The notes under the pieces are model-generated. The model did not search any database. It had not been told where the DNA came from and saw nothing but the letters and a program-made list of their open reading frames with translations. Shown piece after piece: positions 57,461 to 64,000 of a DNA stretch of 64,000 nt. A program made the translations under genes and the position numbers. Where the stretch lies: contig CBDCXR010000004.1 of NCBI GenBank assembly GCA_965223845.1, forward strand, positions 7,648,001-7,712,000, written 5' to 3'. Source of the DNA: Planctomycetota bacterium. Lineage in GTDB: Bacteria; Planctomycetota; UBA8108; SXIK01. Position 1 is the stretch's first letter, and each line of letters opens with the position of its first letter.

Positions 57461-58675
57461 GTGGCCGAGAAGAAGAAAGTCCTCCTGGCGTACTCGGGCG
57501 GACTCGATACGACGTACTGCATCATCTATCTGAAAGAGAAGGGCTACGACGTCCTGACGGTGACCGTCGACACGGGCGGCTTCACGGCGGAGGAGCTGCG
57601 CGGAATCGAAGAGCGCGCCGCCGCGCTCGGAGTCCTTAAGCACGAGACCATCGATGGGCGACAGCGCGTTTTCGACGACTACGTCAGCTACCTCATCAAA
57701 GGGAACGTGCTCCGCGGTTCCGTCTACCCGCTCGCTGTCGCGGCGGAGCGAGTCGTCCAGGCCGAGATCGTCGCCGAGATCGCTCGAGCTGAGGGCGCCG
57801 ATGCGATCGCGCACGGATCGACCGGAGCGGGAAACGATCAGGTCCGCTTCGACATCGCGTTTTCCGTGCTCGTGCCGAACCTTCCGGTCATCACTCCGGT
57901 GCGCGATGAGACGCTGAGTCGGGATGAGGAGTTCGACGCGCTCGAGCGCCACGGCATCGACATTCCGAAGACGCTGCGAACGTATTCGATCAACAGTGGT
58001 CTCTGGGGAGCTACGATCGGCGGAGGGGAGACGCATGATCCGTGGCAGGAGGTGCCGGACGCCGTCTTCGAGGAAGCGATCGACGCGCCTCGAGCAACCG
58101 CGACGGAGTACGTCGAGATCGAATTCGAGCACGGGGTGCCGGTCGGCCTGGACGGTCGTACGGTGCCGGCGGTCGACGTGATCGCTGCGCTCGGCGAACG
58201 ATGCCGGAGCCACCGCGCCGGGCTCGGAATCCACATCGGCGACACCGTTCTCGGCATCAAGGGACGCATCGCGTTCGAGGCCGGCGCGGCGCTCGTCCTG
58301 ATCACGGCGCACCGGGAGCTCGAGAAGATCACCACGACTGCATGGCAGCGCTTTTGGAAGGATCATTCGGCGGAGTTCTACGGGAAGATGCTTCACGAAG
58401 GGAACGCTTTCGATCCCGTTCTTCGCGATATCGAGGCGCTGATCGACAGCTCGCAGGAGCGGGTGAGCGGAACGGCGCGAATCCGGTTCGATGCCGGCCA
58501 GTTTCGTGTCGTGGGGGTGAAGAGCCCTCACGACATGATGCGGCAGGAGTCCGGAGTCTACGGCGAGAAGCCCACTCTGTGGACGGGCGCCGACGTGAGC
58601 GGCTTCAGTACCGTGACCGCGGTCTCTTCGCGGCTTCATCGCCAGGCGGGTGCGAGGGACGAAGGCGGCTCGTAA
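57461..58675 (+). CDS. argG: Argininosuccinate synthase
   Basis: LAYSGGLDT, HGSTGAGNDQVRF, YSIN.GLWG, GIKGR. Confidence 0.96.
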   Translation: MAEKKKVLLAYSGGLDTTYCIIYLKEKGYDVLTVTVDTGGFTAEELRGIEERAAALGVLKHETIDGRQRVFDDYVSYLIKGNVLRGSVYPLAVAAERVVQAEIVAEIARAEGADAIAHGSTGAGNDQVRFDIAFSVLVPNLPVITPVRDETLSRDEEFDALERHGIDIPKTLRTYSINSGLWGATIGGGETHDPWQEVPDAVFEEAIDAPRATATEYVEIEFEHGVPVGLDGRTVPAVDVIAALGERCRSHRAGLGIHIGDTVLGIKGRIAFEAGAALVLITAHRELEKITTTAWQRFWKDHSAEFYGKMLHEGNAFDPVLRDIEALIDSSQERVSGTARIRFDAGQFRVVGVKSPHDMMRQESGVYGEKPTLWTGADVSGFSTVTAVSSRLHRQAGARDEGGS

Positions 58676-59733
58676 TGGACCTACGCGTGCACAAGATCGC
58701 CTCGGTCGTTCACCGCCTCGGCTTCGAAAAGACCGTCGAAGTGACGGAATCGCTCGAGGTCGCAGCGGGGAATGCCGTCGTTGTCCGCGCGCTCCGTGAG
58801 AAGCGAGTGTACAGCGACCTCGAGCTCGACAGCGGACGCATGGCAAAGATCTACCGCGGCGACGTGTTCATCGGTGCACTCGGATGCCGGCGTGCTCTGC
58901 GAGGGTTTTGCGGCGATCTTCCCACGCGTCTCCGCGTCGGCGACACGCTTCAGCTCCTCAACCGCGGTGGCGTCGTCGGTCGAAGCGCGACCGAGCACAT
59001 GGACATCGGCTCCCCCGTGACCTGCGAGGTTCTGGGCATGCCGATTCGCGGCGGTCGCATCGCGAACGTCGCGGATTCTCGACTGCCGTCGACACCCGAA
59101 CGCCGTGACGTCGAGCTTCCGCCCGTCCTCGTCGTCACCGGGACGTGCATGGATTCGGGGAAGACACTTTTCTTGTCCGAGCTGATTCAGGAGCTGACGC
59201 GCGACGGTCTCGCGATCGCGGGCGGAAAGCTCACCGGAATCGCGTGCCAGCGAGATCTGCTCGCGATGGAAGACCACGGCGCGATGGCGACGGCGTCGTT
59301 TCTCGACGTCGGGCACACATCGACGGTGGATCTTTCGCCGGCGCGTCTCGTCGAGGCCGCGCGCGACATCGTGAGCTATCTCGCGAGCTTCGGCCCGGAT
59401 CTGATCGCCCTCGAGCTCGGGGACGGACTGCTCGGTGACTACGGCGGCCTCGAGCTCCTCCGGCACGAAGAGTTCCGCGATTGGGTCCGCATGCACGTTT
59501 TCTGCGCTTCGGATCCCGTCGGTGCGTGGGGCGGGAAGCGACTCCTCGCGGAGAGCGGAATCGAGATCGACCTCTTCTCCGGACCCTGTACCGACAACGA
59601 AGTGGGCAAGGAATCCCTCGAGCGGGAGTGGGGAATCCCCGCGATCAACGCCCACCGTCAGCCGGCGGAAGTCGCGCAGGTTGTTCGCCGCCATCTCGAA
59701 GCGGGCGGGAACGCGGATCCGGGCATCCAGTAA
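58675..59733 (+). CDS. DUF1611-like P-loop protein of unknown function inside the arg operon
   Basis: TAATG overlap with argG; ELDSGR, GALG.RRA, GTCMDSGKT, KLTG, DVGH.ST, ELGDG. Confidence 0.8.
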   Translation: MDLRVHKIASVVHRLGFEKTVEVTESLEVAAGNAVVVRALREKRVYSDLELDSGRMAKIYRGDVFIGALGCRRALRGFCGDLPTRLRVGDTLQLLNRGGVVGRSATEHMDIGSPVTCEVLGMPIRGGRIANVADSRLPSTPERRDVELPPVLVVTGTCMDSGKTLFLSELIQELTRDGLAIAGGKLTGIACQRDLLAMEDHGAMATASFLDVGHTSTVDLSPARLVEAARDIVSYLASFGPDLIALELGDGLLGDYGGLELLRHEEFRDWVRMHVFCASDPVGAWGGKRLLAESGIEIDLFSGPCTDNEVGKESLEREWGIPAINAHRQPAEVAQVVRRHLEAGGNADPGIQ

Positions 59734-59794
59734 GAGGCTTTCCACTAGCGCGTACGGTGCGACGGGACGAGCATTCACGAAGGACGAAGGCGAC

Positions 59795-60847
59795 ATGGCG
59801 AGCGAAGGCGGGGCGAGGAAATCGATCAAGGTCGGGGTTGCGGGCGCGTCCGGATACATCGGAGCGGAGCTCCTTCGCTATCTGGTGGGGCACCCGCAGG
59901 TGTCGATCGACTGGGCGACGGCCAACACGCACGCAGGGAAGTCCGTGGCCGACGTGCTGCCGAATCTTGTCGGGGTGCTCGATCTCGAACTCGAGACGCT
60001 CGAGGACGTCGAGTCTCGCGTGCCGGAGACGGATGTCGTGTTTACCGCGCTTCCGCACAATCACTCGCAGGATGTCATTCCACGGCTCGCGGCAGCGGCA
60101 CCGAATACGGTGTTCATCGATATGGGCGGAGACTTTCGCAGTCCCGACCCCGAGCGTTACCGATCGTTCTACGGTCGCGATCACGCGGCGCCCGATTGGC
60201 TCGAGCGTTTCGTCTACGGAGTGACCGAACATCGGCGCGACGCCCTCCGCCGGACGAAGCTCGTCGCGAATCCGGGCTGTTTTGCCACGGCGATGGGACT
60301 CGCGCTCGCGCCGCTCGCGCGGGGCGGGCGACTTCCCGCCGACGTTTACGTCGCTGCCATCACCGGGTCGTCCGGTGCGGGGAACAAGCCGCTCCAGACG
60401 ACGCATCACCCGGAGCGCGCCGCAAACGTCCGCGCGTACAAGCCACTCGTGCACCAGCATCTTCTGGAGGTCGAGTCGTTTCTCGCGACGTTCGGCGAGC
60501 GCGAGTTTCGTCTTCACTTCGTGCCGCAAGGCGGTCCCTACGTCCGCGGGATCTTCGCCACGATCTTCACTCCCGGACTGAATCGCGACGAGCTCGAAAG
60601 GATCTACTCCGACGCCTATGCCGACGAGTCGTTCGTCTCCGTGGTGAGCGGTTCCCCCGAGGTTCGGTGGATCCAGGGTTCGCCCCGAGCGTTTCTCGGC
60701 GTCGCCGGCGACGCCGGGCGCGGTGTAGTTTTCGCGGTACTCGACAACCTCGGAAAGGGGGCGGCCGGGCAGGCGATTCAGAACATGAATTGTATTTTCG
60801 GTTTGCCGGAGACCACGGGCTTGGTGGTTCCCGCGGGTTGGGTTTAG
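59795..60847 (+). CDS. argC: N-acyl-glutamyl-phosphate reductase
   Basis: GASGYIGAEL, ALPH, DFR, ANPGCF, GSSGAG, H.H, DNLGKGAAGQA.QN.N. Confidence 0.95.
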   Translation: MASEGGARKSIKVGVAGASGYIGAELLRYLVGHPQVSIDWATANTHAGKSVADVLPNLVGVLDLELETLEDVESRVPETDVVFTALPHNHSQDVIPRLAAAAPNTVFIDMGGDFRSPDPERYRSFYGRDHAAPDWLERFVYGVTEHRRDALRRTKLVANPGCFATAMGLALAPLARGGRLPADVYVAAITGSSGAGNKPLQTTHHPERAANVRAYKPLVHQHLLEVESFLATFGEREFRLHFVPQGGPYVRGIFATIFTPGLNRDELERIYSDAYADESFVSVVSGSPEVRWIQGSPRAFLGVAGDAGRGVVFAVLDNLGKGAAGQAIQNMNCIFGLPETTGLVVPAGWV

Positions 60848-60915
60848 GTGATGGGGCGGCGACGGGGGAGCGGAAGTTCGTCGGGAATGTGGAACGTGGA
60901 ACGGGTGTGAGCGAT

Positions 60916-62097
60916 ATGAACAGCTTTGAACAAGAAGATCAGTTTGTCCTTCCGACGTACAGCAAGCTTCCGATGGCTCTCGTCCGCGGCCGTGGATCGT
61001 GGGTCGAAGACCAGGCGGGCGAGCGCTACCTCGACCTCTACGGCGGTCATGCCGTCACGCTCCTCGGCCATTCGCACCCGAAGTGGGTTGCGGCGCTCAA
61101 GGAACAGCTCGACGCGCTCGACTTCTATTCGAACGTCAGCTACCACCCGCTTCGTGCGGATGCGGCGCGACGACTCGTCGAGCACAGCTATCCGTCGATG
61201 GCCTCGGCGTACTTCTGCAATTCCGGTGCGGAGGCCGTCGAGACAGCGCTCAAGATCGCGCGCGGAGCGACGGGGCGCGAACGGGTCATCGCTCTCGAGC
61301 GCGATTTTCACGGGCGCACCGCCGGTGCGCTCGGAGTAGCGGGGAACCCGAAGCTCCGCGATCAGTTTCCCGCGTCTCTCGGGTCGTTCACCGACTTCGT
61401 TCCGCTCGGCGACCTCGACGCCCTGCGCGCGATCGATCCAGCAGCCGTCGCGGCGCTCATCCTCGAGCCGATTCAGAGCCTCGCCGGGGTGTATCTCGCG
61501 CCGCCCGAGTATTACGTCGAGCTCCGCCGGTACTGTTCGGAACACGGCATACAGCTCATCTTCGACGAAGTGCAGACCGGGAGCGGCCGCACCGGCGAGT
61601 GGTACGTCGGGACGCACTGGGACGTCGAGCCGGATCTCGTGACGACCGCCAAAGGCGTTGGTGGAGGCTTTCCCGTCGGCGTGGTCCTCGTGAACCGATC
61701 GCTGACGGACGGCGTTTCCGTCGGCGATCACGGGAGCACGTTCGGCGGAGGTCCGCTGGCGGTCGCCGCGGTGAGCGCGACGTACCGAATCCTCGAAGAA
61801 GAGGGGCTCGTCTCGGCGGTCGCGAAGCGCGGAGCAGAGGTGCGTCGCCGGCTCGAAGCGCTCGTGGGAGGACCCGTCGTGCGCGAGGTTCGCGGGCTCG
61901 GCTACCTCCTCGGTGTCGAGTGCACGGTGCCGGCAGCGGACGTCCATCGCCATCTTCTCGCCGCGAAGATTCTCGTCGGAAAATCCGGCGATCCGAACAC
62001 GCTCCGTCTTCTCCCTCCGCTCACCGTGACCGACGAGGAGTGGGATCTCTTCTTCTCCGCCCTCGAGAGTTTCGAGCCGGCCGCCGCCACCGCATGA
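60916..62097 (+). CDS. argD: N-acylornithine aminotransferase (class III PLP)
   Basis: YLDLYGGHAV, NSGAEA, FHGRT, EPIQ, FDEVQTG.GRTG, AKG, HGSTFGG. Confidence 0.92.
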   Translation: MNSFEQEDQFVLPTYSKLPMALVRGRGSWVEDQAGERYLDLYGGHAVTLLGHSHPKWVAALKEQLDALDFYSNVSYHPLRADAARRLVEHSYPSMASAYFCNSGAEAVETALKIARGATGRERVIALERDFHGRTAGALGVAGNPKLRDQFPASLGSFTDFVPLGDLDALRAIDPAAVAALILEPIQSLAGVYLAPPEYYVELRRYCSEHGIQLIFDEVQTGSGRTGEWYVGTHWDVEPDLVTTAKGVGGGFPVGVVLVNRSLTDGVSVGDHGSTFGGGPLAVAAVSATYRILEEEGLVSAVAKRGAEVRRRLEALVGGPVVREVRGLGYLLGVECTVPAADVHRHLLAAKILVGKSGDPNTLRLLPPLTVTDEEWDLFFSALESFEPAAATA

Positions 62098-62180
62098 TCG
62101 GTTCGTGGCGCAGCGTTTCGTGGGCAGTTCCGCCTGCGCCGTCGTCGTAGTATACTCCGGGTTTTGGCCAGGGCCGTCTG

Positions 62181-63173
62181 ATGCGACATTTCTATAGTCT
62201 GAACGAGTTTAGCCCGGGCGACATCGACGAGCTCCTCGATCGAGCGGTCTACCACAAGGAGAACCGCTACGTCGACGTGCTGCGTCGGCGGCAGATCGCC
62301 CTCCTTTTCCTCGATCCGTCGCTTCGCACGCGCTGCTCCTTCGAGGTCGCGCTCCGCGAGCTCGGCGCCGGAGTGAGCAATCTCGAGAGTCAGTCGCTCT
62401 GGACGCTCGAGACCGAGTTCGGAAAGCGGATGGACGGCGATCGAACCGAACACGTCCGCGAGGCGATCGGCGTTCTCTCTCGCTATTTTGACGGACTCGG
62501 CCTCCGCTGCTTCGCGCGCGGGGAGAATCGCGACGACGATCTCGTCGACCGGATGTTCAGCTCGTTCATGGAGCACGCGAAGATTCCGGTCTTCAATATG
62601 GAGTCGGCCGTTTACCACCCGTGCCAGGCGATGGCGGATTTGCTCACGATCCGCGAGTTGCTCGACTCTCTGAACGGCCGAAAGATCAGCATCGTCTGGG
62701 CGACGCACCCGCGACCACTTCCGCACGCGGTGGCGAACTCGATCGTGCTCGCGACGGCGCTCACTGGAATGGACGTGACGCTCGCGCATCCGGAAGGCTT
62801 CGAGCTCCACGACGGGATCATGACTCTCGCGCGTAGTTTCGCGGAAAAATCGGGAGCCAACCTGCGCGTCACGCACGATCTGTCCGACGGTGTTCGCGAA
62901 ACGGAAGTCGTGTACGCGAAGGCGTGGGGCGGTCTCCTCCGCTACGACGACCCCGCCGCCGAGGCGGCGCTCCGGGAGAAGCATCGCGACTGGATCGTCG
63001 ACAAGCCGCTCCTCGACCTCACGCGACGCGCGTACTTCATGCACTGTCTCCCGGTGCGGCGGAACGTCGTCGTCTCGGACGAGGTGCTCGACTCGCAGCA
63101 GTCGGTCGTCCTTCGCCAGGCCGAAAACCGACTCCACGCCCAGAAAGCGATTCTCGAGTGGATGTTCTCTTGA
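62181..63173 (+). CDS. argF: N-acyl-ornithine carbamoyltransferase (ArgF', AOTCase/SOTCase group)
   Basis: SLRT, extended 80s loop W.LE....MDG...EH, HPCQ, Pro-rich HPRPLP.AV.NS, HCLPVRRN. Confidence 0.92.
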   Translation: MRHFYSLNEFSPGDIDELLDRAVYHKENRYVDVLRRRQIALLFLDPSLRTRCSFEVALRELGAGVSNLESQSLWTLETEFGKRMDGDRTEHVREAIGVLSRYFDGLGLRCFARGENRDDDLVDRMFSSFMEHAKIPVFNMESAVYHPCQAMADLLTIRELLDSLNGRKISIVWATHPRPLPHAVANSIVLATALTGMDVTLAHPEGFELHDGIMTLARSFAEKSGANLRVTHDLSDGVRETEVVYAKAWGGLLRYDDPAAEAALREKHRDWIVDKPLLDLTRRAYFMHCLPVRRNVVVSDEVLDSQQSVVLRQAENRLHAQKAILEWMFS

Positions 63174-64000
63174 TCCGGCGGGCAGGAACGGCAGTCGCGA
63201 TCTGGACGGCACTTTGCGCGGCAGCGAGCGGCGCGCTGGTCGCCGCCGACCCGATCGTTCAGGACGACGATTTTCTCGGGAGCGCACCGTTCATTCGCGC
63301 GGTGCCGTCGGACGTCCTCTTTTACGGCGAGTTTCGCTGCCCACGGGGAGGCGCGTTCGCCGCCGGCGCGGCCGGTCTCAGAGACGCCCTCGCCGAACCG
63401 ACCTTCCTCTCTTCCTTCGCCGAGTATCTCGGCCCGCGCGTGCGCGAACGGAAAAAAGGCTCGGTCAAGGAGTCGCTCGATCACTGGGCGCGCCTTCTCG
63501 GTTCTTCGAGGTGGTGGCGGTTCGGCGCGGGCGAAGGCTTCCTCGCCGCGAGAATCGAGGACGGCCGGCGCGTCTGGCTCGCGGGCACGCGCGTCCCGGC
63601 GAGCGAATGCGACGCGCGATTCGCCGAGATCGAGCGGGTTCTCTACGGATTCGCGGCGATCCTCCCGAATCGAGAGCTCGAAGTGGGGCGGCACAAAGGC
63701 GCGAGCGTCATCCGGCTCTACCGCCTCTCCTATCCGCTCGACGAGCTGTGTGTGTCGGCGGAAGAGGGATGGATCCTGGCGTCGACGTCGCGTCAGTTCC
63801 TCCGCCAGGCGCATCTCAATCTGCGCGGCCGCACCCGTGACCGGGGACTCGAGCTCACCGCGCTCGACGACAAGGAACTCGCGTCAGTCGCGGAGACCTC
63901 GCGGTTTCTTGCTCGTCGCCGGTCGAGCTGGTCGAACGGATCGACCGACCGGGTGCATTCCGAACGATCGGACTCAGACGGTCCGCCGGCGGGGTTCTTC
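63170..64000 (+). CDS. Exported hypothetical protein (runs off window)
   Basis: Frame open to the window end; TTG start overlaps the argF' stop (alternative GTG 63158); signal-like AVAIWTALCAAASGALVAA-D. Confidence 0.65.
   Translation, partial: MIRRAGTAVAIWTALCAAASGALVAADPIVQDDDFLGSAPFIRAVPSDVLFYGEFRCPRGGAFAAGAAGLRDALAEPTFLSSFAEYLGPRVRERKKGSVKESLDHWARLLGSSRWWRFGAGEGFLAARIEDGRRVWLAGTRVPASECDARFAEIERVLYGFAAILPNRELEVGRHKGASVIRLYRLSYPLDELCVSAEEGWILASTSRQFLRQAHLNLRGRTRDRGLELTALDDKELASVAETSRFLARRRSSWSNGSTDRVHSERSDSDGPPAGFF

Noticed and set aside
58042-58674. N-terminal 211 aa of the listed 563-aa ORF
   Set aside because: Overlaps argG out of frame; the real start is the ATG at 58675. Similar over-extensions were trimmed for argC, argD, ruvA, the response regulator and the ECF genes.

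Overview
High-GC bacterial window, most likely from a planctomycete. This is inferred from the ECF-sigma/Ser-Thr-kinase pairs, the dockerin-like C-terminal tags and a TPR protein with two alpha-CTD domains. The left part (1-26 kb) is accessory: kinases, ECF sigmas, two large divergent secreted dockerin-tagged proteins driven by mirror-image TGTCAC-N17-CGTC promoters, and a Kef-type antiporter. It also holds a minus-strand cluster encoding a 12-Cys secreted peptide, a membrane-anchored extracytoplasmic C39-like peptidase, a DUF1573 lipoprotein, a CxxC lipoprotein and a beta-sandwich repeat protein. The middle and right parts are more core-like: tRNA-Thr(CGT), xerC, a His-rich Ni/Co transporter, uvrD/pcrA, ruvA, tRNA-His, a two-component system, fabI and an arginine operon (argB-argH-argG-X-argC-argD-argF'). 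Best candidates for undescribed biology: (1) the arg operon, which has no argA/argJ/argE in the window, carries a translationally coupled DUF1611-like P-loop gene, and has an ArgF' lacking the acetyl-specifying Glu; (2) a structured leader with a 22-aa Arg-rich peptide upstream of argB; (3) the Cys-rich peptide/C39 peptidase cluster; (4) the cohesin/dockerin-like secreted proteins. All family assignments come from motif recognition by eye; no searches were run.
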